Source: Owenia fusiformis
Taxonomy: Eukaryota
Length of the DNA stretch: 64,000 nucleotides
NCBI GenBank assembly: GCA_903813345.2
Contig: CAIIXF020000001.1
Coordinates: 11,284,001 to 11,348,000 of the forward strand
Direction: 5' to 3'
The notes beneath the pieces were generated by a model. It did not search any database. It saw only the letters and a program-made list of their open reading frames with translations, and had not been told where the DNA came from. Positions 24,101-37,100 of this stretch are shown here, in pieces; positions within the stretch are counted from its first letter, which is position 1; each line of letters opens with the position of its first letter. The translations under genes were made by a program, and so were the position numbers.

Positions 24101-27100
24101 CACTGGTGATCCACTCGATTACGCTGGTTACCGAAACGATTCGTTTTGGTAACAAAATGTCGGAACATCGAAGGTACGATTTTTCTTTTTTCCTTATTTC
24201 ACACGTTGTAGGCAGAATTCCGACGACATTTTTAATACAAACGTGTATCAGTATCATATGTTTAAGAAAATGTACATATTTGCGAACAAATAGTTCATTA
24301 TCCTGTTCCCGGACTATAGTCCTGTACGGAGCCAATACATTTGCCTGTACGATTACAACTTGGGAGAATTATCTACGCCCCTTCCACTTAAGAAACCTAC
24401 CTCAATGCATTCTAGAACTCAAAATGTAACTTCTAATATATTGGAACCGCCGATTGTCTGGGTTAGTTGGCAGAACGAGGTCTTTTTGTTTCTTATGGCT
24501 CTTTTGGTCGAAGTTCGATTAAGATGGCGGTTATAACGGAATTTCCCGAACTCTTCCGTAATAGCACGAACTTGGTTTTTCGTTACTTCACTTCCATGTA
24601 AAATGGATTTGTTTCCGGTAAGAAACATTGTTTAACCATTCGGTATACAGTTAAGAGCATAGGATGTCGACATGGCAGTAAATATTGAAAATATTGTCCG
24701 AAATTTTCGAAATTCCCTCTTACCCGAAACAAATCCATTTTACACGGAAGTGACGTAACGAAAAACCAAGTTCGTGCTATTACGGAAGAGTTCGGAAAAT
24801 TCCGTTATAACCGCCATCTTAATCGAACTTCGACCAAAAGAGCCATAAGAAACAAAAAGACCTCGTTCTGCCAACTAACCCAGACAATCGGCGGTTCCAA
24901 TATATTAGAAGTTACATTTTGAGTTCTAGAATGCATTGAGGTAGGTTTCTTAAGTGGAAGGGGCGTAGATAATTCTCCCAAGTTGTAATCGTACAGGCAA
25001 ATGTATTGGCTCCGTACAGGACTATAGTCCTGGAACGGGATAAATAGTTCAGAAGACAACAGAATCGTCGATTTAATTCCTCACTTAATTTACATAAACG
25101 GTTTTTCGAAAAACAGTTAAGCAGTCAAGCCAAGTAAGTAAGTCAACATTCGAAAATAAAAATCTCAAAAATCGTACATCTTTGATTTCCAAAATAATTT
25201 GTGAGGTGGTTATTTAGATGATAATACACATTTTAACGCACTAATTTTGAGTACATCTCGAATCCATTCTCAACAAAGCGTTCTCGAAATAAGTATTTGA
25301 AATGTTTGAGTTCGGGATGATAAAAGTACGTTAAGATATACCGCTCCTTAACAAACTCCTTCAGGAACAAGATATAGAATCAAATGCACATTCTTCCTAT
25401 TTATTCCCTGACACATGCCAATGAATGTTGCATAAGTAAATATCTCCGTTTTAAAAAGTTTTGAAAACGTTGTTATCTACAGGTGCCATTTTTTATAATT
25501 GAAAAACAAAATTGAACAATTTGCATTTCTAAATTGATAAGTTTCTTGGAATACAACTTAACTGTAAACGATTTAAGTCATTAAAAATATTTCCCTTAGT
25601 GAACCCATGCTGAATAGACAGTAACTGGGTCAATGTTTTGTGTTCAACCTTGTTTTCATGACTTTTAAACATGAGTCGACGATTATGTAGGAAATTTCAT
25701 TTTCAAATGTAAGCGTGTCAACTCCTCTTTTTGCACAATATTTAGCCCTTTATAATGATAGATCGCTAAAATATGCATGTACCTCTCAATTAGGCGATAT
25801 GTTTTTCAATTTATAGATGTAAACTATAAACTCAAACAAAAATTCAAACCACCCGCTCTATTATTTTGATTACACAAGACGAAATTTCCACTCCCGGGGA
25901 GCACTTTGGTATCACTTTGAAGGAGGATTCTTGAAAAATCGTTCGAATTTTCACAAAGGGTTTCACGTAATGTTATTGCTTTGTTTAAGCCTCGACTTAT
26001 ATTATACTCAAATCCGATACCATAATTATGAATCAAAATGAAACATTCAATTCAACAGGTTAAATAATAAACCGTTTCGAGAATTGATGATTTGAGTTAA
26101 TTGTGGATATTTATATAAATGTAAGTTGGCATGTATTCGACAGTTAATGTACACACATGATGTATGCATCAACGTGTGACTTAAATATTAATTCGTGACT
26201 ATCACATTTGGCTTCCCAAAATTAAGTTGTAAGTTACAGTGGTAGGAGATTAACGAAAACGTCCATCACATCCACATATCCGTACGACGTCAAGTATTAA
26301 CAAAACACTTTTCGTGCATCTCGAACATGGCAAGGTTCTGTTATCCAGCAATGTGCTTTTCGAAAGAAAAAAATCACAAATCTCAACAAATTTCATTGAG
26401 TAGGATATTACATTCGAAATCACAACTTTCAAATTATTTTTTTTAACCAAGAATTGTAAGAACTTGAAACATGTTGTGAGTTTTTCAAACGGCATATCCT
26501 CATTCACGTCCTTTGACAAGGATGAATCCATTTGAAAACATGGATTTTCTTGATTATTATTCAAAACTACCCTTGAAATATAAGTATGTAGGATATTACA
26601 GTGTAATTTGACACGCATTTGTTTGCCCGATATCCTGAACAGATAAATGCAGCACCGTCTTGCAATATTTGAAAACCAAAAGTTCATTCTGTATGTAAAC
26701 AAGAAAAAATACATTTATGGTTGGTTCATAATGAAAAATGACGAATAACATATATCTTTTGAAGTAGGGGTATACAGGGACACAGTGGAAAATCAGAAGT
26801 TTAGGTCATATCCCAAAGATTGCTTCACCAATATGTAACAGAACATCAAAATTATCATTTACACGTTTGCTGATAAGTTAATTGAAAATAATTATCCAGA
26901 GGTTTACTTTAATTGTGGCACCATTCTTAGTTAATATTGATGAACATACGAATATCGAATGTTGACTAAGTTACTTGTCTTGACCGTAAGATCTGCACTT
27001 TTAACCCAAACCGTTTATGTAACTTAAGTGAGGAATTAAATCGACGATTCTGTTGTCTTCTGAGCTATTTTTTCGCAAACATGTACATTTTCTAAAACAT

Positions 27101-27249
27101 ATGATGCTGATACACGTTTGTGAGAAAAAACGTCGTTGGGATTCTGCCTACAACGCGTGAAATAGGAAAAATCGTACCTTCGATGTCCGACATTTTGTTA
27201 CCAAAACGAACCGTTCCGGTAACCAGCGTAATCGAGCGGATCACCAGTG
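24101..27249. mobile_element. 3.1-kb element with CACTG...CAGTG termini and ~300-bp TIRs (CACTA/Transib-like termini; unassigned)
   Basis: cactggtgatccactcgattacgctggttaccgaaacg is inverted to cgttccggtaaccagcgtaatcgagcggatcaccagtg. Homology continues as 24101-24297 plus 25052-25160 versus 26945-27249. No TSD and no recognisable transposase. Confidence 0.8.
24298..25043. mobile_element. Young foldback MITE with 8-bp TSD, inserted in the left TIR of the 24101-27249 element
   Basis: Near-perfect inverted arms of ~325 bp (24298-24623 vs 24718-25043). TSD atagttca at 24290-24297 and 25044-25051. The uninterrupted site is visible in the host's other TIR (~27050-27090). Confidence 0.92.
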
Positions 27250-27278
27250 CAGCGTGACGTCGTATTAATATTCTTATA

Positions 27279-27882
27279 CAGGGTGACACAAAAAATGACA
27301 CACACCTTACGTTGTTACTCGTTTGTCTTTTAACATATAGACTTGTAACATATAGACTTGTCCTTTGGCAAATTCAAAGCAGACATAATGCGAAAGCACT
27401 GCCCAAAATATCAGGTGTGTAGCTCAAGTTGGTCAGTTTTTGAGCGTTACAACTTTTGCTCTAAATTTCGTCCATTCCTTTGCAGACACACACGGATTCT
27501 ACACAAAACATGCCACCTAGGTTTTGTATCATAACTAATGTAAATACTAATAATTTTGTCTTGTACTTTCAGGGAAATGAAGTCCATCCAATTAAACACA
27601 AAATAATGTAGTTGTTGTTGATATAATCATTATAACTTATTCTAAAATTATGTTACAAAAGGTGGGTGTCATTTTTTGTGTAAGATCCAGTTGCGCCAGC
27701 AAAGGAATAGACGACACATTTTGTAACGCTCATAAATGTGCATCTAAGTGAGCTAGTCATCTGAAACTTCTTGTGGAGTTGAAAAATGGAGTGTAGTTTT
27801 AATGTGGGAAAAACAAGTCAGAATTTCTTTAGACAAACAGTTATGAAACATTATGTAGGTGTGGGTGTCATTTTTTGTGTCA
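27279..27882. mobile_element. Tc1/mariner-type MITE remnant with a duplicated right end
   Basis: TA|cagggtgacacaaaaaatgacacacacct at 27279. Inverted copies aggtg(t)gggtgtcattttttgtgt occur at ~27660-27681 and ~27857-27881. Confidence 0.6.
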
Positions 27883-28192
27883 AGCGGTACCAAGGGCTTC
27901 ATGGGTGATCGAATGTCCATAGAGAGATGGTAGTACTGTAAACCTGAGAATATCAATATAAGTATATTCTTATATTCTCTTTAACTGTCATCTTTTTATT
28001 GGCCTAAAGCCTATGTTCTGTTTTTTCTATTTGTACTCAGAGTGTATCCAAATTGTTAGTACACACACATGTCATCCAGCTATAAATGGACTAAGAGTGG
28101 TATAGCTATTAGCTATAGCTATGTATTATCATTGTGCGCTTAGCTGTCTTTTTACAATTTTGTTTCATCAGCATCTGTCCATATATGATATC

Positions 28193-31100
28193 CTATCGGC
28201 AGAACCGACATGTACGCCTGCAGTACCTGCTCATAAATGTACGTCTTTTGGTGCACTCCCCCGCCCTCATATATATCAAGCAACGGCCCGGGTCTTGGTC
28301 TGTGCAGGTAGATCCTAAACAAAAATGATTTTTTTTTCATTATTATTGAGCTAACAAAATCAGAGTGGAAAAAGAAATCACGTCACTATAATAAGTACAA
28401 TTAATTAAGATATCAGGGGTAAATACAATTACTATTTCCTATACTCACTCTGTGGATTTTCTCGCTCTGAAGATTGATTTGAACGGCAATAGTTGCAAGA
28501 CTTGTAACAATTTGTCCTCATGTATTCTTCATTTGTCCTACAGGCTCCACGTACAGCCCAACTTGGGCATTCTGATGGCTTCTGGTCTATACATGACCCA
28601 CCTGCAGGAAGATTTCAATAGATTATATCGATACATGGAATTCGGGAGAGGGTGCCGATAGATGCTGGATGTGGGGAAGTAATCTAAAAACAAAATGGTT
28701 GCATTTATCGATATTCCAGTCAAACTGGTGAATGTCATCCACATACCAGTTTATAGTATTGAAATCTTCATCTATTACATACACAGATTTTCATTTTCAC
28801 GATTTCGGCACACATGAACAATTTGAATTAGTTTTAGCCATTTTGAAAGCAGTTATTACGTGAATATAAAACAAAGGAAACTGTGCCTCAACTTTTTCGT
28901 ACATAAATTTCCCTAAATGTTACCGTGGCTTTTGTCCACAGAATACGGTGTTCTTGTTGGACAAGTCTTTTTGTTGCATTTCTTGTCTTGATAACTCACT
29001 CCATTACAAGAAGAACCTATGCAAGCACGCCGTCTCCTCGTGCTTCCTCCCGCACAAGACCTGCTGCAGGTAGACCACGTACCCCACTGAGCCCATCTAC
29101 CTGGAAAAAATCAAACATAAGTCCTTGACCCAATATTTACCCTACCTTAGTAATTGACCATTCGGAAAGTTTTGCTGAAGATGAAAGTTAAACAAATCCG
29201 ATGGTTTATGTACCATAGCGAAGTCGACGGAAAGATAGCAGAAGTGATCCGTCTGTCTTCGAGAAGAGATATAGCCAGACCACCACTGTCTCTCTCTGTT
29301 CATGAGTGCCTGTGTTTATATTGGCTATTTACCTTCATAACTACAAGTTCTTTATTTTCGAATTGAAGCCCCATAGAAGGCGAGACTGGTTCGTCGTAGA
29401 TATGGACAGTAAGACGACACAATAGCCCAATGAAAATGATTTATTATACATCATCACTTTTGATCGACTCACTTTTGGTTGTGCATGATTGAGTATTACA
29501 TTTTTTATCCTGAACAGATATTCCTTTACACGAATATCCTCGGGGGACACACGACCGCGTTCGTCTCTTGGATCCAGCCCCACACGAACGTGAACACGCC
29601 GTCCACGACGACCACGAGTCCCATTTGCCTGAAATGTTTGAATGATACAATATGTATTTTGTTATACAGGGTGTTCCAAAAGTAACAGGACTGGTGCTGG
29701 CATTTTGTTGAATATGCACCAATCGTCTTCAAAATGTTACATCATGTACTTTCATGTATTGTTACTAAAACTTCAAAGTTTTGACAAAAATTATGAAACT
29801 GGAGTAGAGTTATGGTTGCTATGGTACCATGACATCACAATAGCCGGGGCAACATTCCACGCAGAAAGTTACAGAGACTATAAGCATTTTGTACATCCCA
29901 TATCAAAGTTAGAATCCAACAACTGGTGGGAATTACATTTGCTAAATACATCATTTAATATTCCTATATGTATCCTCTACTTTGAAAAGTGCGGTCCTCT
30001 TTAGTTAGTCCAAGAGTAGCACTCTGTATCCATGATTCAAACACATGAGTAAACCCATTTGATGACATCACGCAGGATCGATATGACAACTTGGAGATGG
30101 TCAATCTCATCTTTAAAGGTCTTACCACACTGATTAGCATTCCATTCTATATATAAATGTAAAAATTAGATATTGCATGATCAGAAGAGTATGGTGCATG
30201 GTCTTAGACCTCAAAACCTAAGCTCTGCTATAGCTGCAGTGGTCTTTAATGCTGACTTGTGGACAGGCGCCATTATCAAGGTGGATGACTGGCTTCAAAT
30301 TAGGTATTTTCAAAAACTCAACAGTGAATTGCGCAGACTGTTATACATAATGATATTTCAGGAAATTGAATTAATATTAAAATTATTAAATCAAATTTGA
30401 ATCTGAGTTGTATAGCAACACCATCACTATAAAGCAACTAATAAAACAAACAAGAAATGTTGTATTGTAATAGGTGAACTAGATACTTTCTTCAGTAATA
30501 TAAAAATGTTAGAAATTACATTTTCATGAAAAAGTTGCCCCGGGTATTGTGATGTCACGTTTCTATAGTAACCATAACTTAACCCGCCTTTTATTATTTT
30601 TTCTGAACCTTAACAATCTTAGTTGCACTACGTCAAAGTACAATTTGTGAAAATTTGAACACACTCGGTGCATAATTGACAAAATGTCAGCACCAGTCCT
30701 GTTACTTTTGGAACACCCTGTACTAATCGGATAACTACTTTTTTCACCATAGTAGCGATATTTACGAATTTTACCATATGAAAATTATGTGGTGTTTTAT
30801 TTATTTACAAAAACGGAATAAGTACCATTTCGGCTGCATGGATTGGTGTTACATTTCTTTGATTGTGTTGTTGCTCCGGAGCATGTCCCATACGCGCATG
30901 TACGACGCCTCAGCCTAGAGCCTGTCCCGCAGGACTTCGTGCATTGATTCCACTCACCCCAGTCACGCCATTCACTCGCTGAAATTGATAGTCAATAGAT
31001 TATCATTTGCACGAAACAATGTTTTCATGTTCGATCCATGAATCTTTTTTTCTTTACTCAAGTCTTTACTCTTGGTGGGCTGCAATGTATCATATATTGA

Positions 31101-34100
31101 CTCACATTATGTTTTAGGCCTTTCACCCAAATGGTACACTAAAATTGTGACCCTTTATAACACTAGTGAACACAAATTATAGTAACATGTTATACAATTT
31201 TCATGATATCATTTTGTATATGAATTTTAAGTGGATGATTTATTTTAAGTGAATATGTAATGTGTGGCTTCAATGAAGACATGCATTAGCCGCTCCTCTG
31301 TTACTTATCACTATATCAGGATCTAGGCTCACTTTTACTTGCTGTACATGATTTACTGTTGCACGATTTCCATTGATAATTAAGACCTTTACAATTAGAT
31401 CCATTACACGTTCTTCTCCTGGATTTAGTCCCGCCTCCACATTTCTCTGAACACGTGGACCAAGTTGCCCATGCGTTCCATTTCGCTACAAAAAATGATC
31501 AGTTGACTTAATGTTCATGATATTCTCTCAATTACCAAGTCAATATTACGATGTATTTCGGATGGTGCTCTAGGCAGAAATAATCAGCAACTTATGAAAT
31601 CACTATTATGCACTATCTTGTTTAATTGCACTATGTATCTAAGTGTAATTGTACCTGAAATAAAAACTTCGCTAATACGACTCTTCGATATAAAGATGGC
31701 AGAAGCAGCAGTAGCCTTGCCCCAAGTCGGTATTATCTTTTATTTATATTGATTTTCAATTATATAGCAGTGAAAATATAAGAATAAAAAAAGTCAAAAG
31801 ATACCGACCTAGGCAAGGCTACAGCAGCATCAGAATCATATATCTATTTCTAAATGCCCTTAACCTATGATTATACCTCTTGGACAAGAACGTGTGTTGC
31901 AGCGAGCCGTTTTATATGAATCTCCAGTACAACCTTGATCGCTGCAATATCTTCTCCTTACTTTTGTACCACCTCCACAACTCTTGGAACATGTTTCCCA
32001 CGATGCCCACGGATGCCATTTTCCTGGAATATTTAAGCACACCCTGACGCAATTGTTATAAGATGGTGCGTGGTCATTAGATGAGATGAATGGGCCCTCT
32101 AAAGCAAATCAACATTTTGAACACTGTTAGTGAAAGAACCAACAGCAATATTTAAACACACCCTGACGCAATTGATGGCAACTGAGTCATAGATCCGGTC
32201 ATAGGCAATCTACTCTACACTGAGCTAAACTTAACAAGACCAAACAAAATTGGAGGGCGTCAAACTATTGCTCAAGTGCATCATCGACTGAATTTCAAAT
32301 ACATATTTTAGGTCTTGGGAACTACACTACTATTTCACATAAAAGCAGCTTTTTCAAAAACGATCATCGTAATTAATTGTTATAAAATATCATGGTTTAT
32401 ATATCTCTTCAATGGTGCACTGAAATAGTCTAGTTTGTTGAACTTATACTTTTGCTGGTATTCGTAGATAAATGATCGTGACAGAAATAAAATTCGAAGT
32501 TATTTATCTGGATATCTTCATACTTATTAACCAGTAATTTGATGAAAGTACAGGTCTGGCAAATGTATCCGTTTGTCAGGGACCAAGTTACACAATTTGA
32601 TTTGACATTTTGGAGCTTTGTCTGGTCCGGTACAGGTTAGTCTTGCGTGGTGTATACTCGTCAATAAAGCCCTGATACATTAGGTTGAAACTGATTTTCA
32701 TTTACGATTTGTAATGTGATTCGAGCATATCATATACACCGAGGTACATGTACACAATACCATATTCAATTCCAGACTTGCTAATTTTCGAAGACTTCTG
32801 ACATTTCTGTCTGCAAACATTTCTGTCTGCAAATAATATATCTAGCCAATACATGCCCTACTTTACTTGATTCGCCAAAAGTGGGTCAGAAAGGTTTATT
32901 TTATATACGGTATGAATTTTGATTGCATCCATTTTACCAACTTATACGAACAACTGTCATATTGATAGAAGATACTCTTCTTAATAGTTATACATACCTC
33001 TGGATGGGCACCTACTCGTGCCACAAGAACCAGTTTCCCTTGACGACCCGCTACAATTCCTCCCATAGCAACGGCGTTGCCTGGTCCGTGTTCCTCCACC
33101 ACAGGATCTGCTACATGATCCCCATGATGACCAGCTGCCCCAACGACCTACGGGGATGAAAAGCATTATCATTTTTACACAAGAGTGAAATTTGAGAATG
33201 TTGAATACTGCAGATAAAGCCGCAAATGGGGCTTATAAACATTTCTGAAGGGCTCATTTTTGAGGGGGTTTAAAAAACTAATCATTTCAGTAGATTACAT
33301 TTCAAGCCTGGTGGAAATGGAAATGGGCCATGGTTTAGAACGTTTATTCTGTGATGACATTTTCTTCAGACACGCGGCTCACCGGTTAAGTCTAATATTG
33401 ATTTGACTTACATCCCCCCATCAAAAGGAAATGGTGTGGGCAACAGGGGGCAAGCGGTGTCCTCGGAACTCCTTTTCTCTGTAGAAGATTAATCGATGTA
33501 ATCTTTGTAATCATAGGATAAACAATACCTGATGATGGTTTATTCCAACCGCACGCATTGCATGACTTTTTGCAGTATGCCAACATATAGGTCGGATTGC
33601 GTCGACACTGATCTTGTTTTGCCCATGCGCTACAATAGGCAGCGTAATCGTAGCAGTTAACGCTGCCACCACTACCAGAACCTGTAAAATCATTAAAGTT
33701 TTTGAAAGTTATATTGCCTTTGTAAAAAGTGTGAGCGAGTGTTTATAATTAAAAAGTGAATACTACTAAGTAAAAACTGAAATTTTCAATAACCTTGAAA
33801 TTGTATTCTGTGCAAATGTTAAATTACTTTGAAATCATACCTTATTCAGAATAATTAATTAATTCAATTAAGCATGATTAAGGGATTATGAAAGTTTGGA
33901 ATACGGAAGATATTTTCACAAATCGTTACCTGAACCATTCGAGCAACTTCTCAGTCTGCAGGCTTTGGTTTCACTTCCAGAACCACTGCATTTCCCTCCG
34001 TAGCAGCTTCTCCTTCTTGAGTAGACACCCTGGTCGCATGTTTTGGAGCAGCTGCTCCATGACGACCATACCGTCCAACGCCCTCGTGGAGGCGTCGTTG

Positions 34101-37100
34101 GACGAGATCCACCAGATCCACCAGATCCACTAGATCCACTGGATCCACTATTCCGCCCATATAAGCTCTGTATTCCATTGATGTCATCTTGGTGTAGACT
34201 GAAGTCTTCTACGAAACCCTGGTAAAATGGATACATCGTCGCTCCCAATACATTAGTGTGGTCCAAACCAAGTGAATGCCCCAATTCGTGAACAGCAACA
34301 ATGAACAAATTGGTTCCTGAAATACAACAATGAAATAAAACTGCAAAGATCCACTATGATAGGACGTAAAGACCAGTGATCATTATTGTCAAAACTAGGA
34401 GAAATGTGTGGAGACCCTACGTCTCAAATACGTTAATTATCTGTGTGGAGAATTCATTTCAAGTATCACATTTTCTCTTTAATTTGCACAATACTTGAAA
34501 GCTAGGTCAAAAGATATTAATGAGGCAAGAGAACAGGTTTGGAGATTTTTGAATTGCCAGATAATCATGTGCAACTAAACGAATATATGTCCTTACCTTT
34601 TTTCGTATTAGCTGTGTATGATTCTGCATCATCAAAATGTAAGTCGCCTTTCGATGGATAAAACGCATGTGCAAGAACACTTCCAGGTCCATCAAATGGG
34701 TATCCATCGCCATGGTCCCCATTTTCAAATCTTATAGCAATATCGGCCTTTCCAGATGTTCTCGAGAACTTCAGGTCGGATACCTTGCTCCATTCCTGTA
34801 AAGCATTGTAGATGTCACGGTCTATTTGTGAACGTGACAAATCTCGTGAATAGTTCTCGATCTTATAGGTTAGTGATTTCTTGGACCATTTGGCTGAAAG
34901 AAGTAATATGAACGAGTGAAGATCCAAATCAATGAACTTTTTTGGTTTTTGGTGTCTGTTGCGTTATGATCACTCCTTACCACTATCTAACGTGTACACA
35001 ATTTATTTAGCAATTTTGATCCGAAGGGATAACTGTAATCAGAGCTAACATGTACGCAGACTCTAGTTGTAAACTACCGATGAAGATGAAGTCGAAGCTC
35101 TCTTTTAATAAGCGAAGTCGAACGAATGTAAAGAGTAGGTCAAGCCCGAGGCCCAAGAATGTTTAAAATGTAGCTAATTGCTCATATGTATGTACTAGAC
35201 TGTATGTACACTCCCTCGAAACAATTTTTCTTCTTTAAAAAAGGTTCCAAAACTTTTGGATGGGAGTGTTACGAGTGTATACCAATTACATTTACATATA
35301 GTTTAGCCTTGACTGTAAACGATGGATAATTGGTTGATATACCACAATAATTTTTAAAACACTGTGCTGCATTCCTCGACCTCTGCAAGTTCAGAAAAAC
35401 TATCACCTTACTGCCATTTGGACTTTTGATTTTCCACGGAACCAAAGTTACATAGCCTACTTTATACTTACACTGCGTGACAAATCTCTTCTTGCGCCCG
35501 TTAATAATTGGATCTGGCATTCCGCATCGCTTCCAGTTCATTGCTTCTAGCGTCTTATCGTCTACTTCACCTACAGGATGGAGTATGCGTGTGATTTAAA
35601 TAAATAATTTATCAGAATTTGTCATCTCGGCTTTTTGGCGCGAAAGTATGAAAACTAAGAAAAAGTGATCAGTTTCCACAAAAATTAGAAGTTTTCATTC
35701 TTTATGTCACCCTGTAGCGGGTTAAATATGGCATGCGGTTCGTTCAAGTCAATTTGACCTCAGCCCAATATGCAAGCTTCATGTGCCACATTAGACAGAC
35801 ACAAACAACACAGGCTACTGCTCAGAACAGTGAGCTTTACAATAAGATAGAGATCTCTAAAATAAACTCAGAGATACCAAAAACACTAACTTGCGATAAA
35901 ATGTACATGCAAGGTCTACCTGTAGCGGGAATTCTGGCATATCGCTGGAAGTTAGCAACGCTTGCTTTTACAGCTGATTCTGCATCAGTTATAGAGGCCC
36001 CTTTCTTTGGAGTTCGAAGGTAACCAAATTTCATCAGATATGTCTGCAAGGATTGGAACAATAAAAGTGAAAGTTTTTGTTATAGTTAATTGAAGAGCCT
36101 ACCCGACCCCTTATCCACTTCAACAACATGAACTATAGGGTCTTGTAATCTGTGCTCAGGCACAGGTGGATCACAAGATCTGGAAATAGGTTTCATTGAT
36201 TTTTATAATTTGGAAAAATCAAGAAAATTTTAGTTCTCATAGAAACCAACGAAACAATGATATTTAAAACATAATACCTTTTACCTTTTAACCTGGCTAG
36301 ACAATCAATGATTTATTTTTGAAGTTTAGGATATTATTAGAAAAGATTTGCATAGAATTTTTTTCCAAATTTTTCATAAAGTTTTTGCCATCTGTGTGAT
36401 GGCATGATGATATGCTAAAACATTGAAGTGGCACATTAGATATGACATTTTATTTTGAAATAGTGTGTCCTTTGTTTAATCTTTGCTTTGGTGTGAAAAA
36501 TAATGTTTTTTTGCACTGTATCGTGAAATATTTGATGATTAAAACTTTTATTTAAAATGGGGGGAAATTTGAATATTTGAGAAACTTTTGAAGTCATGAC
36601 GAATATTAAATGAATGACAAAAACTTATTTTCAAACTTTACACGGGGCACGTCCCATCATTACATGTCCAGCTGTTTTACTTCTTGAATGTACATGTACT
36701 GTAGAACACATAGATATTCATAACAGACTCGCAATACAGCTTTAATTTGGTATTATTCGGCTATATTTCACAAAATGATTGATAGAAACAATTATGGACT
36801 TCCGAAAATGTCAGAGTATTATGACAAAGAACCCTTTTTCAACAAATAAACTTTGTCTGACTCTTCAGTATGTCAGTATGCACGACCACTGTCACGTTTT
36901 GTCGAACTTGCATCCTGGAGTAAAATTTCAACCACAACAATTGGCCCCGATGTCTGCGCTCTAGAATTAGGTTGGAAGACATTTCTTGTAACTGAAGTTG
37001 GTATACATTACTTAATAGTCTAAATAAATCCCAGTGTTCTTAGACAAGTTCAGCCTAACCCTTTAGCTGATTCATAATGTAGATGAATGGAATATACATA

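Noticed and set aside
26781-26820. CACAGTG heptamer suggesting an RSS/Transib end
   Set aside because: No ACAAAAACC-like nonamer at 12 or 23 bp spacing and no partner end.
28152-28340. ORF-track frame [13 protein letters not shown]... as the last MMP exon
   Set aside because: The phase-1 frame gives a clean 6-Cys ShKT domain ending at TAG 28193 and matches the upstream donor phase.
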